This document shows positions 49,189 to 58,278 of a stretch of 64,000 nt of DNA, piece after piece. The stretch spans positions 39,247-103,246 of the forward strand of contig CALMYL010000015.1 of the NCBI GenBank assembly GCA_937873695.1, given 5' to 3'. The notes beneath the pieces are model-generated. The model did not search any database, was not told where the DNA came from, and saw only the letters and a program-made list of their open reading frames with translations. The position numbers and the translations under genes were made by a program. Each line of letters begins with the position of its first letter. Position 1 is the first letter of the stretch. Source of the stretch: an uncultured Ignavibacteria bacterium (lineage in GTDB: Bacteria > Bacteroidota > Ignavibacteria > Tepidaquicellales > OLB5).

Positions 49189-49899
49189 ATGGATGAAAAA
49201 ATATTTTCAATGCCAAGAATTGGCGATAATGCGCCTGAATTTAAAGCTGTAACAACTCAAGGTGAAATTAATTTCCCCGCTGATTTTTCAGGAAGCTGGG
49301 TAATTCTATTCAGTCACCCCGCGGATTTTACACCTGTATGCACATCAGAGTTCATGACATTCGCGAAGATGGAAGATGATTTCGCAAAAGCTAACTGTAA
49401 ACTTGTTGGACTTTCAGTTGACGGGCTGTACAGTCACATTGCATGGTTAAGGACTATTAAAGAAAAGATCGAATACAGGGGAATGAAGGAAATAGAAGTT
49501 AAATTTCCGCTCATAGAAGATATCACAATGGAAGTTGCGAAGAAATACGGAATGATACAGCCGGGTGAGAGCGCAACAAAAGCAGTCCGCGCGGTATTCT
49601 TTATTGATCCCAAAGGAATTATCAGAACAATTGTATATTATCCTTTGAATGTAGGAAGGAATTTTGATGAATTGTACCGAGTGCTTACAGCACTGCAGAC
49701 TTCTGATAAATTCGGTATAGCTACTCCCGCTGACTGGAGACCGGGTGATGATGTTATAGTTCCTCCGGCTGGCTCATGCGGCGTTGCCAAAGATAGAATG
49801 GACGGTAAGGAAGAAGATGTGAAATGCTATGACTGGTTTTTCTGCACAAAGAAGCTTGGAAAAGAAAAGATATTTGATGAGATCCTGCAGAAAAATTAG
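49189..49899 (+). CDS. Peroxiredoxin (Prx6/archaeal-type with a C-terminal Cys pair)
   Basis: FSHPADFTPVCTSE peroxidatic-Cys block; C-terminal CYDWFFC. Confidence 0.9.
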   Translation: MDEKIFSMPRIGDNAPEFKAVTTQGEINFPADFSGSWVILFSHPADFTPVCTSEFMTFAKMEDDFAKANCKLVGLSVDGLYSHIAWLRTIKEKIEYRGMKEIEVKFPLIEDITMEVAKKYGMIQPGESATKAVRAVFFIDPKGIIRTIVYYPLNVGRNFDELYRVLTALQTSDKFGIATPADWRPGDDVIVPPAGSCGVAKDRMDGKEEDVKCYDWFFCTKKLGKEKIFDEILQKN

Positions 49900-50045
49900 A
49901 TCAAGTGTATTTGGGAATACTTTTGATTAATTTTTGGTTATATTGGTATGTGGGGAAATAAAAGCAGACCCACTGAGAAAGGAGCGTGTATGATAAGTAT
50001 AAGTTTTAGGAGGGCAAGGGCATAACCTGCCCAATCCTATTTGAA

Positions 50046-50075
50046 GCCTCTCATATATCATATGAGAGGCTTTTT
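50046..50075. terminator. Hairpin terminator between convergent prx and SET genes
   Basis: gcctctcata-tatca-tatgagaggc followed by ttttt. Confidence 0.7.
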
Positions 50076-50077
50076 GT

Positions 50078-50491
50078 TTATAATCCTTCGTAATCAATAA
50101 AAAGTTCTTCTCCGGGCTGTATATCGCGGGAAGCATAATATTCATACTCCTCATCTGAATGCAGGTTGGGGTTATCGGAGTGATTCAGGTACCACCCAAC
50201 GCTTATTCGGTTAAAATCACCCGGCATAGAGTATCCGTCTTCAAATTTGATAGAGAAATTCTCCTTTAGCTCATGAGAAATATCCAGTTTATCATAATCT
50301 TCGTTTGATACCCATATCACATCATTTTCATGGAACAAAGTGTGGAGCTTATCGCCCTGCTTAATAAAAGAGGTTGCGAAAACACCTATACCGGCATCTT
50401 CGATCGTTGATTTCTTAAGTCTGAATTGCATTAATAAAGTTAAATTTTTTGTATTAATATTCCCGTAAGGGATATTATATTGACTGATCAC
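50078..50491 (-). CDS. SET-domain protein (putative protein-lysine methyltransferase)
   Basis: GIGVFATSFIKQGD, YLNHSDNPN (NHSxxPN) and ELFIDY motifs. Confidence 0.75.
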   Translation of the reverse strand: MISQYNIPYGNINTKNLTLLMQFRLKKSTIEDAGIGVFATSFIKQGDKLHTLFHENDVIWVSNEDYDKLDISHELKENFSIKFEDGYSMPGDFNRISVGWYLNHSDNPNLHSDEEYEYYASRDIQPGEELFIDYEGL

Positions 50492-50509
50492 GGAAAAATT
50501 ACGGATCTG

Positions 50510-51400
50510 TCAGGGAAAGTTTATACTGAAACCTGACAACAAAAATTTGATTTTATTTCCGCCGGCTTCAACATATTTTAATGAATAACTTTCCTTACTG
50601 CCTGCCCTGAAACTGAATTTGCGTTCTGAATCACTAATCCTGAAACCCACAGGCTTATCTGAAAATTTTGTGCGAACACTGCAGTAAAATTCATTTTTCC
50701 CGCCTTCAGTAACTGTCATACCTGAAATTGAGTTTATACCAATATCAACATCATAATACATTGGGATATCGATCTCCTTATCAGTTATCCGCTCTACATT
50801 CATAGGCTGATATTCATATGCGAAAACAAGATTCTGGATCTCCACAACCATTTTGTTTTCTACAATAGTTTCGGTTTTATTTCCAAACCTGAGTCCTTCG
50901 GACAAAGCGTTCTTCGTATCAGGGTTAAATTCAGCTGCGCCCGATTCTGTGATTTCCAGTACTGCATTCCCTGTCCGGAATAATCTTGTAACCAAAAACA
51001 TCTTATCAGCGGCATACTTCACGGAAAAATCATCAAGAAATACCACATCATTTTTATCAATACCTCTTTCTTCTACACCTGTGCTTTTAAAATTGATCTT
51101 CAGCCTGCCAATATTCTCATCAGTAATACTGGCTTTTACAAGTATATCATTTATTATCTTCTTTATTCCGGTCTCAGGAGAAGTGGAAAAACTCTCAAGC
51201 ATTGATTCAACCGAAGGATCAGAAGATGTTGTCCATTTAGTTTCAATTATCCCGAGGCCAGTCGACTTAGGAACACCGTTCTCATCTGCTAATACTGATG
51301 GCAGAGAAATGTTTCCGGGCGGAGCCTTGAACAAGACGATCTGCTGGGAGTATAAATATAAATTTAACAGAAGAAACGTAATAGATATTCTGAATATCAT
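50510..51400 (-). CDS. Hypothetical secreted protein
   Basis: 296 aa with an N-terminal signal peptide; no recognisable motif. Confidence 0.4.
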   Translation of the reverse strand: MIFRISITFLLLNLYLYSQQIVLFKAPPGNISLPSVLADENGVPKSTGLGIIETKWTTSSDPSVESMLESFSTSPETGIKKIINDILVKASITDENIGRLKINFKSTGVEERGIDKNDVVFLDDFSVKYAADKMFLVTRLFRTGNAVLEITESGAAEFNPDTKNALSEGLRFGNKTETIVENKMVVEIQNLVFAYEYQPMNVERITDKEIDIPMYYDVDIGINSISGMTVTEGGKNEFYCSVRTKFSDKPVGFRISDSERKFSFRAGSKESYSLKYVEAGGNKIKFLLSGFSINFP

Positions 51401-51661
51401 AGTGTAAGTTACTAAACTTATTGACTCTTTACAAATTTACAAAAACATATTCCTATAAAAAAGCTAATTTTTTTGTGTTTTTCATTTGGGTAACAACATA
51501 TACAACAATCTTGAAGAAACAGTTATAGCAGCTTCATAAAACGGTTATTTGCTTAATTATATGTATATATCAGTGTTTTCTAACTCCCACTGTAATATTA
51601 AGTTGAAATGAAACAAAGAAATGATTATGTTTTGTGATAAAAAACTAATAACGGAGGAGAA

Positions 51662-52723
51662 ATGAGACAACTTTTCACGATTCGCAAGGTTCATTTATTC
51701 ATCTTAATTTTTGCAGTTGTATTTTTTTCATTCAACGGTAGTTTTGATCTTGCAGTTGATAAAGATTTGGACGAAATTCAATCAGAGAATTTTTATCTGA
51801 GCAGCGTAAATATCAGTTCAGCAGATGAAGTTACTGATCTTAGTGCTTCAGTTCAATTAAACAGACATTTTAGTTTTAACTCTGATTTCAGCCTTGCCGA
51901 TACAATAATATTGCCCGCTAATCCCGGTCCCGCAAATAATGGTCTCAGTGCAGCCGGAGCGGGAATACTTTTTAACCTGATCGGCGGAACAAGAGATCTG
52001 TATGTTACTGCCATCAAAACGGCTTTATCACTGACAGCGGGCTCCCCGGTAAGATTTGAAGTGTACATACGTGAAGGAAACGCATTAGGCGGCCCGGTGG
52101 GTTCCGGACCCGGCAGTTCTCTGGCAGGATGGACATTGATTGATACCGCTGATGGTTTCCAGGGTTCAGTTTCAAACGGAATTTCGGAATTGATCAATCT
52201 GGGACCTATTCCGGTTCCCGCTAATGATACTGTTGGAGTGGCACTGAAGTTTGTACTTGGCGGACCCCGGTACTTTGGTACTGGAACACCTCCGCTTGAA
52301 AATTATCTGGATACGAATTTAAGATTGATAACCGGTGATGCACGTTCAGCTGTATTTACGACCGGAGGCACATGGTTCTCTTCACGTGCTTTGACAGGTG
52401 AGCTGCGTTATGTTGTTAGCACTACTACAGGTATAACAAACCTGAACACAGGTATACCCGAAGGTTATAAGTTATCACAGAATTACCCGAATCCGTTCAA
52501 CCCGAGCACAAATATAGAATTTGCTATTCCCGAAAAGAACAATGTTACACTAAAAATTTACAATGTTCATGGTCAGGAAGTAGCAGTACTGGCAAATGGT
52601 GAGTATGCGGCGGGCTCATATATTGTAAACTGGAATGCCGAAGGCATTGCAAGCGGAGTATATTTCTATACGATACAATCCGGAAGTTTTACTCAAACTA
52701 AGAAGCTTTTGTTGGTTAAATAA
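51662..52723 (+). CDS. Secreted protein of unknown function with a T9SS C-terminal sorting domain
   Basis: C-terminus NYPNPFNPSTNI...KIYNVHGQEV...GVYFYTI...KKLLLVK. Confidence 0.6.
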   Translation: MRQLFTIRKVHLFILIFAVVFFSFNGSFDLAVDKDLDEIQSENFYLSSVNISSADEVTDLSASVQLNRHFSFNSDFSLADTIILPANPGPANNGLSAAGAGILFNLIGGTRDLYVTAIKTALSLTAGSPVRFEVYIREGNALGGPVGSGPGSSLAGWTLIDTADGFQGSVSNGISELINLGPIPVPANDTVGVALKFVLGGPRYFGTGTPPLENYLDTNLRLITGDARSAVFTTGGTWFSSRALTGELRYVVSTTTGITNLNTGIPEGYKLSQNYPNPFNPSTNIEFAIPEKNNVTLKIYNVHGQEVAVLANGEYAAGSYIVNWNAEGIASGVYFYTIQSGSFTQTKKLLLVK

Positions 52724-52743
52724 TAGCAAAAACTGTTTTTTTC

Positions 52744-52773
52744 AAAAAACCCCTCTCAAATGAGGGGTTTTTT
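52744..52773 (+). terminator. Rho-independent terminator
   Basis: aaaaaacccctc-tcaaat-gaggggtttttt. Confidence 0.8.
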
Positions 52774-52846
52774 GTTAAATTTGCTGAATTTTCTTTTCAC
52801 CTTTACAACAAAAATCAAAATTGCTATATTTGCAGGTATTAAAAAT

Positions 52847-52916
52847 TGCGCGATGGTGTAACTGGCAATCCTGCTCAAGCGGGATTTCATTCGGCGGCCG
52901 CCGAATTCAACACGCC
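52847..52916 (+). pseudogene. Partial duplicate of the tRNA-Gln 5' part (acceptor 5' strand plus D arm), interrupted by a roughly 42-nt GC-rich palindromic insert
   Basis: tgcgcgatggtgtaactggcaa matches tRNA 52946..52967 at 21/22; caacacgcc (52908..52916) matches 52965..52973; no anticodon or T arm follows. Confidence 0.6.
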
Positions 52917-52945
52917 ATTTGATGTTCTAACTAAATAATATTCAT

Positions 52946-53018
52946 TGCCCGATGGTGTAACTGGCAACACGCCTGATTCTGGATCAGGAAAGTCTAGGTT
53001 CGACCCCTAGTCGGGCAA
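52946..53018 (+). tRNA. tRNA-Gln (anticodon CUG), CCA not encoded
   Basis: Folded by hand: acceptor TGCCCGA/TCGGGCA, D stem GTGT/ACAC, anticodon stem CCTGA/TCAGG with loop TTCTGGA, T stem CTAGG/CCTAG with loop TTCGACC. Confidence 0.95.
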
Positions 53019-53035
53019 CAAGCTCCAATAGCTAA

Positions 53036-53075
53036 TAAAAAAAGACGGTTAGAATAATTCTTTCCGTCTTTTTAC
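53036..53075. terminator. Bidirectional terminator between tRNA-Gln and the integrase gene
   Basis: aaaaaaagacgg...ccgtcttttt. Confidence 0.6.
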
Positions 53076-53095
53076 TTTTTACAATGAACTTCTGG

Positions 53096-54067
53096 CTACG
53101 AACCGGCTACGATTTCTAGCATTTGAAGATATCCTTGAGTAGTACTCAAATTCTTGTGCCCCAGAAGATTCATCACTTCATATATCGGCCGATTTTCTAG
53201 ATTCGCCCAAATACTAGCTCTCCTGTGCCTCAAGTTATGAAAATTCCAAGTCCGTTGACCAAGTTGTTTAACAAAAACTTCAAGAAATTGGGGACGGTTA
53301 TTCCAACGTTTGAACAAGCGTTCATCATCATTTATCTTTGGTAACTCAAGCGTTAGCGGAACCCGTCGCGGCATAAGATCTGAATTTCTGCTTTTCCTTG
53401 TTCTTAAAATAACATGCCCTGGGCTTACATCTGCTCCGGTTAGACGCAAGGCTTCGGAAACTCTTGCTCCTGTTTGCTCTATAAATGTTATTAGTAATCT
53501 TTCTTCAGAATCGCACATTTCCAAAACCTCATCAATATCTTTTCTTTTAGGAATATATTTTAACTTTCTATTGATAGAGAAAAGAGAAATTCCTATACAT
53601 GGGTTTTTTATTTCTACCTCATGATTTTGAATGACATAATTAAATAATGCTTTATAAACCCGTAAAGCTGCATTTGCAGCGTAATTGTCTTTGTTTTTGG
53701 ATTTGAGTGATTCAGACATTATTAGCAGGTACTTGTTTATATCATTTCGAGTAATTTCAAATAATAGTTTATCACCAATATAATCAAATAAACCCTTATA
53801 ATATTTTTTACAATCGTAATAATATTTGTTAGATTTTTTAGTTTTAATATAATCAAGGCGTTCATTAATAGCCTCTAAAAGCCTCAAATAGGACTTCTGT
53901 GAGGATTTATGCTGTCGATTAATGATTTCATCATATCTTCTATTTTCGGCTTTTCTAGCCTCATTTTTGGTTGAATATATAGCGGTCGAAAAATAGGTAC
54001 TTCCCGCAAAATCGAATTTGTACCACCATCTAGCTCCTTTTTTTAGTTTTCTCAAATATTGTGCCAT
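53096..54067 (-). CDS. Tyrosine-type site-specific integrase
   Basis: C-terminal catalytic pattern ...ARVSE(A)LRL..., HNLRHRRAS, LLGHKNLSTTQGYL (R..H-x-x-R..Y). Confidence 0.85.
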   Translation of the reverse strand: MAQYLRKLKKGARWWYKFDFAGSTYFSTAIYSTKNEARKAENRRYDEIINRQHKSSQKSYLRLLEAINERLDYIKTKKSNKYYYDCKKYYKGLFDYIGDKLLFEITRNDINKYLLIMSESLKSKNKDNYAANAALRVYKALFNYVIQNHEVEIKNPCIGISLFSINRKLKYIPKRKDIDEVLEMCDSEERLLITFIEQTGARVSEALRLTGADVSPGHVILRTRKSRNSDLMPRRVPLTLELPKINDDERLFKRWNNRPQFLEVFVKQLGQRTWNFHNLRHRRASIWANLENRPIYEVMNLLGHKNLSTTQGYLQMLEIVAGS

Positions 54068-54400
54068 TATTTTCCCTTTCTTTATGGCTTATTGGTTTTG
54101 TTTTTATATATTTAAATGTTTGACTAATAATCTATGTTTGAATAATATTAAACTAAATAGTATCTCAAAATTATGTATTGGCTTTGAAAAGTACATTGAA
54201 CGAAAATAGAATAATTAAGAACATTTTATCTCATTTTCTCATCATCGAGTCTATAAAGAAAGCCCGAAATGATATAATCATATCGAGCTAAAATGAATGG
54301 AAAAATTACCACTTTAATATTTTATCGCATATTCAGAGATAAGTCAATTTAAATATGGAATGAGTTATCATATACTACAATTTCTAACAGAAAGAGTCAT

Positions 54401-54436
54401 AAAAAACAAACCCCTGAAAACAGGGGCTGTTTTTTG
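54401..54436. terminator. Bidirectional rho-independent terminator about 180 nt downstream of the cargo operon
   Basis: aaaaaacaaacccctg-aaaa-caggggctgtttttt. Confidence 0.7.
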
Positions 54437-54617
54437 TTATGTGCATATAGAGGGGCAACATAACAAACGGAAGTAATATCCGTATTTTTATCTCATATTA
54501 AAGGTATAAATTTCAATCTTCATTTTTAGTGCTAAATGGAAGTAAATATCTTTATTCCCATCCCGAGCAACAATTCCCTGAATAGACTACTTACTTCACT
54601 GTCTCAAAGTATTTATC

Positions 54618-55700
54618 CTAGAAATGAAAATTCTCTGGTAAAGAAAATTTCATATTAAATGAGGATACAAATTTTGCATCAGTATGATCATCATTCAAAT
54701 TATTCCATTCTATACCTGCCGTTAAATCAACCCAAATCCCGTCAAATACTCCTAATTCCGAACCGAAGTTCAATAGGGCGTTTGAAGATTTTGTTTGTCC
54801 ACTGTAAGAAAATTGACCCTCAACAAAGGCTTTTATTCTGTTAATACCACCATAAAATCTAGTTCCAACTGAATATTCTTGGTAATTGCTTGAATCTTTG
54901 AAATGACTAAAATTTCCTCCCAAAATCAACTGTCCCCAACTACTAATTGGATGTGAGTAAGAAACCCAAAACGATAATGATTTGAATTGCAGCCTCTTAA
55001 CCAAACTGTCACTTGACTGACCCAAAACAGCCATTGCCACATCTAACTTTTGTTTATTCCAATTAATGGATTTGTAATGTGATTTAATACTCTCTAAGGA
55101 GTCATCATATGACGATTGGATCCTTGATTTAACATAATCCTCCATCCTCTTATGAGTGCTTGAATCACTAATCGCTAATTGTATTGTTAAGTGATTTTGT
55201 TTCAAAAATTCATCTTGATATTTATCTTTTTCAGAGACAATCTTAGAAGTTAAGTTATACAATTCATCCCTGAATAAGCGATCATTCTTCAAATCGCCTT
55301 TGTCAATTATGCTAATTCGAGTTCCAATCGACAATTTAGTAGTGTTATCATTTGAGTCAAGCAATGTGCCTACAGAAAGTCTTAAGCTGTATAACTGACT
55401 GTTATTGTCATATTGCTGTAAAGTTAGTCCTTTATTGAATAATAGAAATGGAGCTATTTCAACTGAAATTGACTTAGGTAATACTAGATTGGTTCCATTT
55501 ATGAATTGGGCAGCAATTAAAGAAATACTTTCGGGAGTAGAAGGTTTTAAGATTTCGCTTGGTGAAGTACCAAGCATCTTGAAAGCCGGTATATCCGGTA
55601 CAGCAAAATTCAGTTTAAATCGCTTCACCAGATTTGTATCTTGTGAGTTTACGTTTAACGCAAAAATGATTAAAACCACTATACTAACAATCTTGTTCAT
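54618..55700 (-). CDS. Signal-peptide protein, possibly an outer-membrane beta-barrel; function unknown
   Basis: Signal MNKIVSIVVLIIFALNVNSQ; alternating-residue strands near the C-terminus; terminal aromatic ...ENFHF; start overlaps the upstream stop (TAATG). Confidence 0.4.
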   Translation of the reverse strand: MNKIVSIVVLIIFALNVNSQDTNLVKRFKLNFAVPDIPAFKMLGTSPSEILKPSTPESISLIAAQFINGTNLVLPKSISVEIAPFLLFNKGLTLQQYDNNSQLYSLRLSVGTLLDSNDNTTKLSIGTRISIIDKGDLKNDRLFRDELYNLTSKIVSEKDKYQDEFLKQNHLTIQLAISDSSTHKRMEDYVKSRIQSSYDDSLESIKSHYKSINWNKQKLDVAMAVLGQSSDSLVKRLQFKSLSFWVSYSHPISSWGQLILGGNFSHFKDSSNYQEYSVGTRFYGGINRIKAFVEGQFSYSGQTKSSNALLNFGSELGVFDGIWVDLTAGIEWNNLNDDHTDAKFVSSFNMKFSLPENFHF

Positions 55701-56077
55701 TAGTTTTTATGTTTAATAATTATATAAATTAGTGAGGCTTGGAAGCCGCCGGTAATTTTTCCAGAATCGCTTAGTTCGCCCAACAGTTTTCCCCCCTGAT
55801 GAATTTGAGCTTTTATCTCATAAGATCTTCCCGAACTTTGATCTAATCCGACAAATTCTGTTCTGAGTTGCAACAGTCTTCCATGATTTGTGCTTACCGG
55901 TAGCGGTAATTTGAATGAATCATCATCAATATTCTGATTATTTCCTTCCTCATATTTCACTCTATCATTACTGTTTGCTTCCCATAAAGTAAAAGAATAC
56001 GAAGCAACAATTAGGTCATCAAAAGTAAATGAAGCCGTTAATCTTTCTCCGTTTGGATCAAACTCAATTGTTTTCAT
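55700..56077 (-). CDS. Hypothetical 125-aa cytoplasmic protein directly downstream of the nuclease gene (candidate nuclease inhibitor/immunity; inference only)
   Basis: No signal peptide; 31 nt after the nuclease gene; no recognisable motif. Confidence 0.35.
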   Translation of the reverse strand: MKTIEFDPNGERLTASFTFDDLIVASYSFTLWEANSNDRVKYEEGNNQNIDDDSFKLPLPVSTNHGRLLQLRTEFVGLDQSSGRSYEIKAQIHQGGKLLGELSDSGKITGGFQASLIYIIIKHKN

Positions 56078-56108
56078 GAATTACATAATTGATTTAATTT
56101 GGAATTAT

Positions 56109-56912
56109 TTATTTTCTTTCTAAAGCATCTTGAATGCGAGTAGGCAAATCACTGAAAAAATCATACCCGCTTGAAATCTCTATATTATCCACAGTTGTTT
56201 CATAAGTTTCCCATTTTACTTTTTTTATACCAGACTCATTGGGCATCATGACAGCAATTACTTCTGTATTTTCAGTAATGGCTTTTGGAGTTTCGTAACG
56301 TCTCAGAATTACAATAATCTTGTAGCAACTGTCGGGTATGGCAATATCATTATCTAGTTTTTTAGCTGTGCTAAAAACTCCACCAGCTATCACATACAGT
56401 TCTTTGTTATTTCTCAAACACAACTTACGGCAATATTCTTCAAGTTGCTTCCACGGACCTTGATTCAAATCCGGTTCTTGCGGGTATATGTTGGACATCA
56501 AAAACGTTGCTTTATTATTCGTTGTACTGTTTGACCGATCTTTACTGGCAACAATATGCCCTCGGTCGTAGCCTGTATTAGTGTAGTCTCTTGTAGTTAC
56601 TTTGTGATAATTATTCGGTAATTCATATTCTGGTTTAAAACCAGAAACACGATTGTATTTCCCATACCATTTTTTATTTAAATTCCAGCTTGCCCAATTA
56701 GCTACATTTTTATTCTTGTTGTAACTGATTACATATTGTTTTCTTTTTATGAGAAAATCATCAGTTGGGTCAGAATCAGTTGGAATGCCAAGTTCGACAT
56801 TAATCATCCAAGAATCATTAGTTTGAGAATAAATAGATGATAGAAACAGTATCAAACTAACTATGAGGATTTTCACTGTGATATGCGGATCAAATCTGAT
56901 TGTAATTTCCAT
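56109..56912 (-). CDS. Secreted DNA/RNA non-specific endonuclease (Serratia NucA / Endonuclease_NS, beta-beta-alpha-Me family)
   Basis: GYDRGHIVAS (DRGH catalytic motif) and SNIYPQEPDLNQGPWKQLE (NxxPQ...NxGxWxxLE); hydrophobic N-terminal signal/anchor. Confidence 0.85.
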   Translation of the reverse strand: MEITIRFDPHITVKILIVSLILFLSSIYSQTNDSWMINVELGIPTDSDPTDDFLIKRKQYVISYNKNKNVANWASWNLNKKWYGKYNRVSGFKPEYELPNNYHKVTTRDYTNTGYDRGHIVASKDRSNSTTNNKATFLMSNIYPQEPDLNQGPWKQLEEYCRKLCLRNNKELYVIAGGVFSTAKKLDNDIAIPDSCYKIIVILRRYETPKAITENTEVIAVMMPNESGIKKVKWETYETTVDNIEISSGYDFFSDLPTRIQDALERK

Positions 56913-56940
56913 ATTTAAAGCAATTTATGTTGTTTGATTT

Positions 56941-58245
56941 TCAAGCTTTTTGTTCGGGAATTTTAAAGCCCAAATATGCCCCGGAACTAATTCCCATTAA
57001 AGCTAACAAAGTGTCATCAAATTCAGGCAGAACTATATTTTTGAGTACCATAATTATATAGACTACTCCAAGAGCTACCGTCCATCCAACAATCTGAAAA
57101 CGATGCAAGCTAACACCGTTGCTATCTGATAATATATCTTTGATGAAACTTTTATGCCTGTCTATAGGATTAACGATTTCTGCCTCGCTTATCAATAATT
57201 TCAATTCCTTCAAACGGTCTTTACCGTCTAAGATTTCTTTCTTTAGTTTTTCAGCATACTCTAATGTATTCTGAGAGTTCAAATTCAATTCCAATTCATT
57301 CAGACGAAGCTCTAAAACTTCCTTTTCATTTTGTATTTGCAATAATTTATTTCTCTCTTCGACTTTCTTATTCGTGTTCATTGAATTTGCTACCACACCT
57401 GTAATAGTACTTATACCCATTAAAACTAATGCCGTTTTGTTTAAAACAGGCGCTTCCTTATTAATCATATAAATAAATACCGTTGAAGACATAATGAGAA
57501 CGTACCAGAATGCCATTTGAGTCAATGCCAAACTATACGGAGCCTTATATTTTTGTTCTCCAGTTATCTGAGGTTCGCACAAGATACTTGATCTTCTGGC
57601 AAGAATGATTAGTGGCAGCCAAAATACACCCGCTATAAAAGTTATCATTATCCAAAATTGCGAAGATCGCATTGTAGAAAATCTAAAACCGGTAACGACT
57701 GTTCTTTGCTCTTGTTCACCCTCTATGCCTACACTTAGTTTAAATGTATTTATACCGATTAACTTGAAATTATTACGACCGATTAAATCTTTCCATGCTG
57801 GATTTGTAAGCTCATTACGTTTTAGTATGAATAATAATACTTCTTTAAAGCCTCCTTTATCATCCGGAATCATTGTTGTTTTGCCAACAATACCTTTCAT
57901 TTCTATACCATTGATGAATAAGTGTATCTGTTTATTAACTCTTCCTGAGAATTCGTTAAGTTTGTTCAAACTATCCATCTCAATAATGATTTCATCACCA
58001 TAAACGCTAAAATCGTTATCCCGATTTATGTTATATGCTTTCAATACTATAGTATTAAAAACTTTTTCATTTCCACCCTTCTTTGATGTGTCAGCTTTTA
58101 GTTTATTGTCATCACCTTTTTTTTGGTCATTGCCTTCGAGTTCTGGCTTCAGTTTAGAGACATTGACAATACTACTATCAGTTTGTGCATAAATGTGCAA
58201 AGTCAAAAAACACAGTGTTATAATAATAATAGATTTCATATTCAA
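56941..58245 (-). CDS. Hypothetical multi-TM envelope protein with an N-terminal exported domain and a central coiled coil
   Basis: Signal peptide, about 5 hydrophobic helices, and heptad-rich KKVEERNKLLQIQNEKEVLELRLNELELNL...KELKLLISEAE. Confidence 0.45.
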   Translation of the reverse strand: MNMKSIIIITLCFLTLHIYAQTDSSIVNVSKLKPELEGNDQKKGDDNKLKADTSKKGGNEKVFNTIVLKAYNINRDNDFSVYGDEIIIEMDSLNKLNEFSGRVNKQIHLFINGIEMKGIVGKTTMIPDDKGGFKEVLLFILKRNELTNPAWKDLIGRNNFKLIGINTFKLSVGIEGEQEQRTVVTGFRFSTMRSSQFWIMITFIAGVFWLPLIILARRSSILCEPQITGEQKYKAPYSLALTQMAFWYVLIMSSTVFIYMINKEAPVLNKTALVLMGISTITGVVANSMNTNKKVEERNKLLQIQNEKEVLELRLNELELNLNSQNTLEYAEKLKKEILDGKDRLKELKLLISEAEIVNPIDRHKSFIKDILSDSNGVSLHRFQIVGWTVALGVVYIIMVLKNIVLPEFDDTLLALMGISSGAYLGFKIPEQKA

Positions 58246-58278
58246 ATCAATCTATTTGATTAACAAACATTTATAAAA

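Noticed and set aside
49927-50154. The 75-aa minus-strand ORF spanning the prx/SET intergenic region, and 5916..6110(+) next to tRNA-Asn.
   Set aside because: They overlap terminator hairpins or better-supported neighbouring genes (SET, DUF3467) and have no motifs or plausible ribosome-binding context.
52889-52908. Interpreting the palindrome with its NotI site and the overlapping EcoRI site as proof of a cloning-linker contamination.
   Set aside because: This cannot be decided from sequence alone. The flanks are continuous with tRNA-like sequence on both sides and the palindrome does not match a standard adaptor that I can recall exactly. It is flagged for a read-level check rather than called an artefact.
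54562-54572. cccgagcaaca as a possible attR matching the tRNA-Gln 3' end (gtcgggcaaca). This would make the mobile element only the 1.5-kb integrase segment and leave the 8-gene operon outside it.
   Set aside because: The match is only about 10 nt with one mismatch, so it is easily chance in 11 kb. AT-rich composition continues through the operon. It is kept as an alternative boundary to test, not reported as a feature.
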